Origin: Nitrospinaceae bacterium | GTDB taxonomy: Bacteria; Nitrospinota; Nitrospinia; Nitrospinales; Nitrospinaceae | Length of the DNA: 64,000 nt | Assembly: GCA_965223665.1 (NCBI GenBank) | Contig: OZ245011.1 | Span: 128,001-192,000 of the forward strand | Direction of reading: 5' to 3' | Part shown: in pieces, positions 20,109-28,031 of the stretch | How the letters are laid out: each line of letters begins with the position of its first letter | How positions within the stretch are numbered: position 1 is the first letter of the stretch | Program-made: the position numbers and the translations under genes | The notes under the pieces: model-generated | What the model was told of the DNA's origin: nothing | Database searches by the model: none | The model's input: the letters and a program-made list of their open reading frames with translations, nothing else

Positions 20109-20546
20109 ACCCTAATATGAAATTAATAGGGAATAAAATGGTTTTCTCAATTGACTCCTCCAACTGTGCTTGATTTTTTTTTGATTCGTCAAATTTGGAT
20201 TATTCTCTCCTGTTTTTAATTTTTGAAACCACTAGTTAAATTTAAAAAAATTTTATTTAATTATTTAAGGAAACTTATCATTCCGTGCCTGTTAAGGATC
20301 AAAGTGAAACAAAGCATACTTTTTGTGAAATTGGATAGGTAGAGAAAAACAGAATAATAAATTGAATCAGAGTGAATAATTCTCTTAAAACTCCTCATTA
20401 CAAAACCAGCTCTCCTTATTTAGTTTGTTACATACAAAAAAATTGAACAAATAATTGTTATTTTTTGCGCAGGATTGTAAGGAATTAATTTATAAGTCCT
20501 TATAAATTAAATATTTAGAGTTTTTATAGAATTTTTCTTTTTAATA

Positions 20547-20575
20547 TTGACAATGATTCTCAATTTCTATATAAA
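20547..20575 (+). promoter_or_regulatory. Sigma70 promoter overlapped by Fur box 1
   Basis: TTGACA-17 nt-TATAAA. GACAATGATTCTCAATTTC (20549-20567) matches 14/19 of the Fur consensus GATAATGATAATCATTATC. Confidence 0.75.
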
Positions 20576-20589
20576 TATTAAACATTAAT

Positions 20590-20608
20590 GATAATGATTT
20601 TCAAAATC
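20590..20608 (+). promoter_or_regulatory. Fur box 2
   Basis: GATAATGATTTTCAAAATC, 15/19 match to the Fur consensus, just downstream of the predicted transcription start. Confidence 0.78.
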
Positions 20609-20626
20609 TTTTTAGGCGGCGATATT

Positions 20627-20887
20627 ATGGCTAATTCAACAGAATTCACTATAAAAGTTTGTCAAGGGCCGGGGTGTAAGGCATGGGGTGCAGAAGGGCT
20701 TTTAAAGGAGCTTGTCAACCGGACAGGTATTAAATCCTCAAAGAATGGAAAAAAAGTTTGTGGTGCTCCCTGTATGAATCGCTGTGGCGGTGGAACCTCT
20801 GTACTGGTTGGTGATGATCAATCATTTATGAAAATTCGTGAATCTTCTCTTTCGTCTATGCTCTGTACCTTGCCGGCTTCAGCCTGA
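20627..20887 (+). CDS. Thioredoxin-like [2Fe-2S] ferredoxin domain protein
   Basis: IKVCQGPGCKAWGA (Cx4C) and PCMNRCGGG (Cx3C). Start moved to ATG 20627 because the ATG at 20588 overlaps Fur box 2. Confidence 0.78.
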   Translation: MANSTEFTIKVCQGPGCKAWGAEGLLKELVNRTGIKSSKNGKKVCGAPCMNRCGGGTSVLVGDDQSFMKIRESSLSSMLCTLPASA

Positions 20888-20939
20888 GGCAATTTTATTC
20901 GGTGGGAATTACCTCCTCCAACTGAAGTCGGCAGGTACA
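20864..20939 (+). promoter_or_regulatory. Long RNA hairpin spanning the ferredoxin stop codon and containing an anti-Shine-Dalgarno sequence
   Basis: TGTACCTTGCCGGCTTCAG pairs with CTGAAGTCGGCAGGTACA; inner GAGGCAATT pairs with AATTACCTC. Confidence 0.6.
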
Positions 20940-20975
20940 TGTTTTATGACTTTATTTTCCCCATGGGGAGGTTTT

Positions 20976-21292
20976 ATGAGCATAGTGATTGTTGGTGGGT
21001 TGGATTGCTGGAAGCGCATATATGAAATACAGGGGAAAAGATTAGGTATTTAGTTTAAGGTTTTGGAGGGAAAGTTCCTGCTTTAGTGAAAAGAATTTCC
21101 AGGGTGGAGGGTATTGCTGTATTTACAAGTATGGTTTCTCACCCTTTTTTGGATGAGGTCAATCAATCTGCCCGTTGAAATAAAATTATGATCATCAGAA
21201 TAAATACAAGCAGTGCTTCTGGGCTTAAGCGCTGTTTAGTGGAATTTTTTAAATACCGACAAAGCCAAAATCGTTTTTTGTTTTTGGCTTAA
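20976..21292 (+). pseudogene. DUF2325-family pseudogene
   Basis: GGGGAGG RBS, then MSIVIVGGLDCWKRIYEIQGKRLGI*FKV / frameshift / GGKVPALVKRISRVEGIAVFTSMVSHPFLDEVNQSAR*NKIMIIRINTSSASGLKRCL. Stops at 21051 and 21176; one base missing near 21061-21064. Confidence 0.72.
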
Positions 21293-21335
21293 TTTTTTGT
21301 TGGATCGAACCATTAGTTGAGGAGGTAATTAAGTA

Positions 21336-22658
21336 ATGAAACAGTTAAGTAGGATGGCTGGAGTTTTGGCTTTTGCTTTCTGGGTTATGATGACCCTGGG
21401 AGGTTTGCCTAATGCTCTTGCCGCAACAGGGGATGATGCGGGAGATGATGACATTATCATTATCGAAGAGGAAGGCGCGGATGATATTGGAGAGTTGTCC
21501 AACCAATTCGATCTATTAGCCGATGAAATCACAGAAATTCGTGATACGTTTGGAAGTTTTAGAAAGAATGTGAACGTCACTGGTTATGGGGAAGTGCATA
21601 TTAACGCTCCAACAGATGGCGGAAACACGGTATTTGATGCGCATCGGTTCGTAATCGGTATTAATGCTCGATTTACCGATTGGATTTTTCTTAATGTCGA
21701 AGTGGATTATGAGCATGGTGCGCAGCAACTTGAATTTGAAATGGGATATTTGGATTTTTTAATTAATCCTCTTTTTAACCTGCGGGTGGGTGTCGTTTTG
21801 ATTCCTGTTGGCTTTCTCAACGAATACCATGAACCGGTTTTCTTCTGGACTGTAGAACGCCCTCTATTACAAAGCCAAATTATTCCCACGTCTTGGCAAG
21901 GAACAGGTGGAGGTGCTTTTGGAACAGTAAATGCTTTAGGTGGAATCAACTACCGTCTATATGTCGTAAATTCACTTCAATCAGTTAGGCCTAACGGGTT
22001 TGGTTCAGGTTCCGGTGTTGGTAATGGGGGCAATTCTGGGCGTTTCCGTTCCTCAAGTGGAATTCGAAGTGGTAGGTTGCAGCCTAATAATGCAATTGGT
22101 GAAGATATTGCGGTTACTGGTCGTTTGGAATTTACCGGTCTGTTTCCTGGTTTACAAGTTGGATTGTCATTTTGGACTGGCGATACCACTCATGAAATCA
22201 TTCAAGCTAATGGACGCACCACGCTTCTAGAGGCGGATGTGAAGTTTCGAATCCAATGGTTTGAAATGAATGCAACTATTGCCAATATTCATGTGAACGA
22301 TGCCGAAGTTATAAATGCTTTTATGACTACTCAAGTCGCAGCGGGAGGAAACCAAAATGTCGCCTCGAATATGTTGGGATATAATATTCAAGTGGGTGTC
22401 CATGTTCCTCAATTGTTAAATATGGGGACAACCCAGGATTTTGTTGTTCACTTTATGTATGAGTTTGTCGATACACAGGATTCGGCTGCACCGGGTTTTG
22501 CCAATCTGGCTCAATTTGAACGTGATGTGTATACTGCCGGTTTTGCTTGGTTTGCCACTCCCAATGTGGCTTTGAAAGCTGACTTTACGCATGTAACAAC
22601 TGGCGTCGGTACTTCTACAAGTACCGCTAACTTTGGTATGGCCTATATGTTCTTTTAA
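21336..22658 (+). CDS. Outer-membrane beta-barrel porin, probably iron-regulated
   Basis: Signal peptide, acidic/coiled N-terminus, GYGEVH...FDAHRFV...EVDYEH...GFLNEYHEP..F..VERP, C-terminal Phe; GAGGAGG RBS. Confidence 0.8.
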   Translation: MKQLSRMAGVLAFAFWVMMTLGGLPNALAATGDDAGDDDIIIIEEEGADDIGELSNQFDLLADEITEIRDTFGSFRKNVNVTGYGEVHINAPTDGGNTVFDAHRFVIGINARFTDWIFLNVEVDYEHGAQQLEFEMGYLDFLINPLFNLRVGVVLIPVGFLNEYHEPVFFWTVERPLLQSQIIPTSWQGTGGGAFGTVNALGGINYRLYVVNSLQSVRPNGFGSGSGVGNGGNSGRFRSSSGIRSGRLQPNNAIGEDIAVTGRLEFTGLFPGLQVGLSFWTGDTTHEIIQANGRTTLLEADVKFRIQWFEMNATIANIHVNDAEVINAFMTTQVAAGGNQNVASNMLGYNIQVGVHVPQLLNMGTTQDFVVHFMYEFVDTQDSAAPGFANLAQFERDVYTAGFAWFATPNVALKADFTHVTTGVGTSTSTANFGMAYMFF

Positions 22659-22728
22659 TGTTAGGCTTGGTTTTAAAACAAATCATACATTAATAATTTT
22701 AATAAAATTTTGATATATAGAGGAAATT

Positions 22729-23304
22729 ATGTGGACAAAAAATAATAAACCTTCTTTCCAAAATGTTTGGACATTTGGCTTGTTGTTGACATTCTTTTTG
22801 GCAAGTTGGTTCGCTAACCCGGTTTGGGCAGCGGACGCCAGTTCCAAAGAAAAAGCCATCAGAGCGGCATTTTCTGGGGCCGATAAAATCGTTAAAAAGA
22901 AAGTCTGGATTAATGATATTCAGAAACGGAAAATAAGTAATATCTGTAAGCAAGTTATAGAGGACAAAAGAGTAAACTATTTTGTTGGCTATAAAGGGGG
23001 TAAACCTCTAGGATTTGCAACTATTGAAACTGTTAAAAACAGATCTTTCCCAATAACCTATATGACAGTTCTTAATGAAGATGGTTCCGTTCAGGATGTT
23101 AAAGTCCTGGACTATCAAGGACCTCGTGGTAACTTTAGTGTTCTTAATGATTCCTGGTTGGACCAATACGATGGTAAAAATGCGGATTCTGATTTTAGTA
23201 ATCCAACCAAAGTCGTGGGTGCCAGAATTGCTATTCGGACTATCAATAACGGAGTTTATAAAGCCGTCGCGGCTTATAAGGTATTGATGTTAGATAAGAA
23301 ATGA
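22729..23304 (+). CDS. Exported FMN-binding domain protein, paralog 1 (degenerate flavinylation motif)
   Basis: Signal peptide; PITYMTVLNEDGSVQDVKVLDY; VVGARIA where TGAT is expected. Confidence 0.78.
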   Translation: MWTKNNKPSFQNVWTFGLLLTFFLASWFANPVWAADASSKEKAIRAAFSGADKIVKKKVWINDIQKRKISNICKQVIEDKRVNYFVGYKGGKPLGFATIETVKNRSFPITYMTVLNEDGSVQDVKVLDYQGPRGNFSVLNDSWLDQYDGKNADSDFSNPTKVVGARIAIRTINNGVYKAVAAYKVLMLDKK

Positions 23305-23328
23305 TTTAAGGAAAGTTTAGTTTAAAAA

Positions 23329-23967
23329 TTGTTAAAGTTTTTGAAATTTAATGAAGGAAATACTTCTGCCCAATCCTGGAATGTTTTCAGGATTGGGTTG
23401 TTGTGTTTGGGATTTGTTATTCTTTTTCTTCCCTTGGATTACAGTCTTGCTCAGGATAAAGACAAGAAAGAAGAAGAGGAGGAATACGTTGAGCGGGTTT
23501 TCTTTACCAAAAAGCAGGCATTGAAGCATGCTTTTCCTGGAGTAAAAAAATTTAAAAAGAAAAAAGTATGGTTAACTCCTTCTCAACGAGAGGCAATCAG
23601 CAAAATTACTGGTGAAAAATATAATGAAAGACGCATCACTTTTTTTGAAGGCATTAAAGGTGATCAAACCCAAGGTTTTGTGACCATTGGAAACGAAATT
23701 GGACGATCTTATCCAATCACGTTTATGGTGGTTATTACACCTGAAGGAACCGTTAAGGATGTGGAGATCATGGTTTATCGGGAACCTCATGGCTGGGAGG
23801 TGCAATTTGAATACTTCATGAAACAGTTCTTTGGACGTGATGCAAGCAACCCTTTTGATAATATAAATAATATTACAGGTGCTACTCTTTCAGTACGTTC
23901 TATGACTAGGGGAGTAAAAAAGGCAGTGGCAGCTTATAAAGTATTGTTCTTAGATAAAGTAGAATAG
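23329..23967 (+). CDS. Exported FMN-binding domain protein, paralog 2
   Basis: PITFMVVITPEGTVKDVEIMVYREPHGWEV...F..QF and NITGATLS ([S/T]GA[S/T] flavinylation motif). Confidence 0.85.
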   Translation: MLKFLKFNEGNTSAQSWNVFRIGLLCLGFVILFLPLDYSLAQDKDKKEEEEEYVERVFFTKKQALKHAFPGVKKFKKKKVWLTPSQREAISKITGEKYNERRITFFEGIKGDQTQGFVTIGNEIGRSYPITFMVVITPEGTVKDVEIMVYREPHGWEVQFEYFMKQFFGRDASNPFDNINNITGATLSVRSMTRGVKKAVAAYKVLFLDKVE

Positions 23968-23986
23968 TTCTAATTAAATCAGGTAT

Positions 23987-24976
23987 TTAATTTTCCAAAA
24001 TAGAAATAATTTTATGGGTAATTCTTTCCAATCCCTTCCCATCAATCAACCTTTTCCCCGTCTCACTCATTTGTTTTCTTTGGTTTGAGGAAAGACTTAA
24101 TTTTTTGATTAAATCGTTTTCATTCCAGTTGTTAGCTGAGCCTAAAAAATAAGTAGCACCTTTTTGTTCAATAGACTGTGCTATTTTGCTTTGTTGTTCT
24201 ACTTGCGATATGACAAGTGTAGGGCTACCCACACAAAGTGCCTCATGCAAAGTTACTCCCCCCGAGCAAATGACCAAATCATGATTAAAAAGAATTTCAG
24301 CGAGAGACGCTATAGGACCTTCCACTTTTACTTTAGAAAAATTTTGGTTCAGAGATTTTAGGGATTCTTGGTTTTTAAAACCCGGTCCTTTTAAAATTGT
24401 TAGATCTAAATTTGGATAATGAGTAAGGATACTTCTTGCAATGGGTTCGGATAAATTAAAGGGATCAGTTCCTCCCATAGTTATCAATACAGAGTTGATG
24501 TTTTTCGAAATAATTTTTTCTTTTTGATGAAAATTTTTAAATGCCGGATCAATTAGCGTGTAGGATAAGCCAAACAAGCCTAAATAATTTTCAACGTCAC
24601 TAAGGGGCTTAACTGGAGTTATATTGCAGTCAACTAAAATGTCGACATAGGATCTACCATCCCCCAAATCCTCAAAACTTACAATCTTTGCTTTGGATTT
24701 TAAATTTTGTATAAAATCTGATTTAGTATCATTAATATCTAAAATGATGAGATTGGAGTTTATTAAGTCCTTCTGTGAGGAAGTGTATAATTCTTCAACA
24801 ATTTGAAACTTTAATTGGTTTGTCTTTAATAGATTCTTGGCAGGCATGTAGTCTTTGATGAATAAAGTAACGTTTATTCCTGCTGACTTTAAGGAATTAG
24901 CTAAATGTATTTGACGGTGAAGATGTCCCAATCCTTCCTGGTGAGACCCTTTGCATAAAATGGAAATTTGAGTCAT
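23987..24976 (-). CDS. SpsG/PseG-like GT-B fold nucleotide-sugar hydrolase or glycosyltransferase
   Basis: GSHQEGLGHLHR, ITMGGTDP, SGGVTLHE and IDGKG. Confidence 0.8.
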   Translation of the reverse strand: MTQISILCKGSHQEGLGHLHRQIHLANSLKSAGINVTLFIKDYMPAKNLLKTNQLKFQIVEELYTSSQKDLINSNLIILDINDTKSDFIQNLKSKAKIVSFEDLGDGRSYVDILVDCNITPVKPLSDVENYLGLFGLSYTLIDPAFKNFHQKEKIISKNINSVLITMGGTDPFNLSEPIARSILTHYPNLDLTILKGPGFKNQESLKSLNQNFSKVKVEGPIASLAEILFNHDLVICSGGVTLHEALCVGSPTLVISQVEQQSKIAQSIEQKGATYFLGSANNWNENDLIKKLSLSSNQRKQMSETGKRLIDGKGLERITHKIISILEN

Positions 24977-25018
24977 TGGAAAAATATAAGGATAACGCTA
25001 TCCAAATGGTTAAATGAC

Positions 25019-26029
25019 TTAGGAGGCTTTTGCTAAAGAGGTTGAAGTCTCAGAAGTATTCCAATTAGTTTCTTTAATTGATTCCGGGGTGCTGATGGTA
25101 CCTTTATTGACCCAGGAAAGAATCTCTTTATCTGAATATTTAACAGCCAATTTTTCTTTATTACGCCCTGCCAATGCTTTTGGTAGCCGGAGAAAAGCTT
25201 TAAATAAAGCTATCCAAAACCTAAATTTTAACCGGAATAAATCTTTCAATAGAAATATTGGAATATAAATTAGGAATTGCCTGGTAAGATCAGAGTCCAA
25301 TATATTTTTAAATATAAATAAATAATTATTGCGTGCTGAAATGATACTTAATTGTCGAACTTTCTCCTGTTTGGTAATGGTCCCTCTAACCTTATGGTAT
25401 GCAATAGACTGAGGTTCGTATTTTATATCCCAACCACGTTTCATGGCTCGATAAGAAAGGTCGATTTCTTCATAATATAGAGGGTGATATAGATTATCAA
25501 AACCTCCGAGTTCTAAGTATCTTTTTCGATCAACCATCATAGCCCCACCGCAAGCGAATAGGGTTTGACTTGAAGCAAAAGGCGGTTTGTCATATAAATA
25601 GAAATGGCCGTTATTAAAATAACCACCTCGATTTCCATAAAGGAAAGTTGTTTCATCAAAATCAAAAATCTGACCACTTACTGCAAAGACATTTCCTCTA
25701 TCAAAATGGCAAGACAATTGGACCAGTGAATCAGGATGCAATTTTATATCGTTATTCAGTAACATGATAATTCGAGAATCTGTCAAATTAGCGGCATAAT
25801 TATTTGCACCCTGGAAACCTAAGTTTCGCGGAGTTTTTTCGCGACGGATACTGGGGAATTCATTCTTCAAAATCTCTAAGCTATTGTCTGAACTACAATC
25901 ATCAATAACCATGATTTCATAGGAATGTTGGCTATCATTATTAACGGCTTTAATTATTGTCGGTAAGCACTCTCTTAACAAATCTTGGCCATTCCAATTT
26001 GTGATTATAAGAGTGATATCTGGTTTCAT
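25019..26029 (-). CDS. GT2 glycosyltransferase (rhamnosyltransferase-like)
   Basis: TNWNG, DDCSSD, NLGF, LLNND and YYEEIDLSYR. Start moved to ATG 26029. Confidence 0.88.
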   Translation of the reverse strand: MKPDITLIITNWNGQDLLRECLPTIIKAVNNDSQHSYEIMVIDDCSSDNSLEILKNEFPSIRREKTPRNLGFQGANNYAANLTDSRIIMLLNNDIKLHPDSLVQLSCHFDRGNVFAVSGQIFDFDETTFLYGNRGGYFNNGHFYLYDKPPFASSQTLFACGGAMMVDRKRYLELGGFDNLYHPLYYEEIDLSYRAMKRGWDIKYEPQSIAYHKVRGTITKQEKVRQLSIISARNNYLFIFKNILDSDLTRQFLIYIPIFLLKDLFRLKFRFWIALFKAFLRLPKALAGRNKEKLAVKYSDKEILSWVNKGTISTPESIKETNWNTSETSTSLAKAS

Positions 26030-26066
26030 TGAGGGAGGTCTCCTATAAATGGTTCCAGTAGAAAAT

Positions 26067-27143
26067 TTATTGATCAATAAATTGGCGAATAATGGGAAGA
26101 ACTTCGGAGTCGCCATTTAAGCGTACTTTATCTTTAACGGTAATTTGGAGCACTTTCTTGATAAATTCTTCCCAATGTCCGGGAAAGAATTTTTCTGGAG
26201 GAATAATCAATCCAACTTCCTTTTCCAAAAGGAAGTTTTCCATAGCTTGGTATTCTGCAAAATTCTCTCTAGAACAGGTTAGCACTGGTTTTCCGTGCGT
26301 AAAAGCTGTGGCGAAAGTAGAATAGCCTGCCTTGGTGAGGACAATATCGGAACTGGCAATCAAGTCTGGAAAAAGATAATCCTCATTTACTATTAGCAAG
26401 TTTTTTATTTGGTCTGCTTCTTGGATAGGATCCCGGGAGATAAAAATGGCATCCGATATTTTTTCCAGTTGAGACCAATCAATCAGAGAAGAATCCAGTA
26501 ACCCCAGATAAATAAATACCAAAATTTTATTTTCAAAATCTATGGAAAAATCAGTTTCTAACTGATTCCGAATATTCTGACCCTTTAAGCTAATAAAACC
26601 CACCTCTTGTTTATTTTCTATATAGTCATTTTCAATATGACATTGAGGTAAAATTTGCATGGTTGTTGCGTTGTATTCTTTTTTGAGATTTTGAAGAAGT
26701 GATGAAAAATTTTTGGCATTTGGAAACTTCGAATAAATATCATACCAGGTAAAATTACTCAGTAGGAGAGCTGGAATTCCTAATTCTTTTCCCAGTTTAA
26801 TGGGAAAACTGGGCACATCACAAATAATTAATCGAATATTATTTTTTTCCAACCATTGTCTTTCGTTTTGATATTTTTGTTGGGAATTTGTATAAAAAGC
26901 CAAAGAATTCTCTAAAGTAGTTTTTTCATCTACTTGGATAAAATTGTGTTGGGCGCAGCCAGCATCTACTGCAAGAGAAGAGTATTTATGTTTTATATTT
27001 TGTAGTAAAAATACCTTTTCTGGAATTTCCGTCCTTATATGAACGAAAAATTCCTGGGAAAGTTTTTTTAAAACAGCGGCAGATCGAACAGCATGTCCAT
27101 ATCCGTGACCACTAATATAATAGGCGAGGTGGGGAGATCCCAA
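26067..27143 (-). CDS. GT-B glycosyltransferase-like protein (similar to the L-arabinokinase N-terminal domain)
   Basis: YYISGHGYGHAVR, SNFTWYDIY and DIVLTKAGYST. Confidence 0.75.
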   Translation of the reverse strand: MGSPHLAYYISGHGYGHAVRSAAVLKKLSQEFFVHIRTEIPEKVFLLQNIKHKYSSLAVDAGCAQHNFIQVDEKTTLENSLAFYTNSQQKYQNERQWLEKNNIRLIICDVPSFPIKLGKELGIPALLLSNFTWYDIYSKFPNAKNFSSLLQNLKKEYNATTMQILPQCHIENDYIENKQEVGFISLKGQNIRNQLETDFSIDFENKILVFIYLGLLDSSLIDWSQLEKISDAIFISRDPIQEADQIKNLLIVNEDYLFPDLIASSDIVLTKAGYSTFATAFTHGKPVLTCSRENFAEYQAMENFLLEKEVGLIIPPEKFFPGHWEEFIKKVLQITVKDKVRLNGDSEVLPIIRQFIDQ

Positions 27144-27200
27144 TTTTTAGGATGGTTTAGTTTTTATTAGAATGCAATTAATAATAGAAATCTGTAAATA

Positions 27201-27818
27201 TTAGCTTTTAGGAGTATAGCGAAATTGGCAAAATGACCCAAGCTTAGCGAATGTATTAGACAGTTTTAAATTTACATAATCTTTTCTAGCTTCTGATGGT
27301 ATTTTATCAAACATACAAGCAGTTTCAATCCAATCTGTTCGACCTAACCTGATAAAAAACTGAGAAAACCAGCATTGTTTCATTTTGTAATTCCATTCTT
27401 TCTCATCAGCTTTTTTGGTTTCTAACATGAAATGTCGCCAAGTATAAACATCGTCAACTTTAGGAACATTATTTTCTACAAAAGTTTTGAACGGGTTGTC
27501 TGAGGCTTTTTCTTTTTCAACCAAGGCATCTATTTCGGGTTGCAGCCACTTAGTAAATGCTTCGGTAATAAACCCTCGGGCCTTTACCTGGTTAATGTTT
27601 ATATCATCTAGTGTGGCATGAGCGGTATAAATAAATATTCCTATCGTGGACAAAAATTGTTCTTCGGGAGATAGAGAGTCTGCATCCTCAAATTGCCAAA
27701 GCTGGATAAAATGCTCTCTTATTTTTTCTTTGTCAAGATCTTCTATATCTAAATGAACTAAAATAGGGTCGATCCGTTTTCCCGGTTCTGATGAATTCTC
27801 TTGATTACCTTCAGACAT
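27201..27818 (-). CDS. ATC-hydrolase-like (L-2-amino-thiazoline-4-carboxylate hydrolase family) domain protein
   Basis: C-terminal three-Cys pattern KQCWFSQFF...ACMFD...TFAKLGSFCQFRY. Confidence 0.6.
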   Translation of the reverse strand: MSEGNQENSSEPGKRIDPILVHLDIEDLDKEKIREHFIQLWQFEDADSLSPEEQFLSTIGIFIYTAHATLDDININQVKARGFITEAFTKWLQPEIDALVEKEKASDNPFKTFVENNVPKVDDVYTWRHFMLETKKADEKEWNYKMKQCWFSQFFIRLGRTDWIETACMFDKIPSEARKDYVNLKLSNTFAKLGSFCQFRYTPKS

Positions 27819-28031
27819 GTCTTTGCCTCAAATATGAATAACTCGAATAATCTACATATTAGCTTATCGAATATTCTGATTGATTGATTTCTAGGGTAGT
27901 AAAAATACCACATTAAAAAGTAGAATATCAAGGCCTGTACATTAAAGAACTTACAGATAGTGTAGGATTGTTCCATTTTTTTGTGGGATAGTGCAAATCT
28001 GATATAAAATAGCCTTTTTCCGAGTGTATTT

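Noticed and set aside
20885-21025. UGA followed by a hairpin and 45 further open codons, suggesting selenocysteine read-through
   Set aside because: The UGA does not align with a ligand Cys of the ferredoxin domain, the extension resembles nothing I recognise and overlaps the DUF2325 start, and no sel genes are in view.
20838-21053. 71-aa ORF in the track
   Set aside because: Only its last 25 codons look real (start of the DUF2325 pseudogene at ATG 20976); the rest overlaps the ferredoxin gene and the hairpin.
21060-21220. AGGGAA...GTGAAA segment and stems resembling a cobalamin riboswitch
   Set aside because: The conserved core (GCCCCCGCAACTGT, GCCACTG, B12 box) is absent; the region is better explained as DUF2325 coding relic.
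21262-21298. AAGCCAAAA...TTTTGGCTT hairpin with a T-run before the porin, as a possible attenuator
   Set aside because: Weak AT-rich stem with an interrupted U-tract, lying in pseudogene sequence; not enough support to call.
21329-23805. Many antisense ORFs over the porin and FMN-binding genes
   Set aside because: Expected from codon bias of the sense genes; no recognisable motifs.
27819-28031. Possible TPP riboswitch upstream of thiO
   Set aside because: No CTGAGA/ACCTG core motifs; looks like an AT-rich divergent promoter region.
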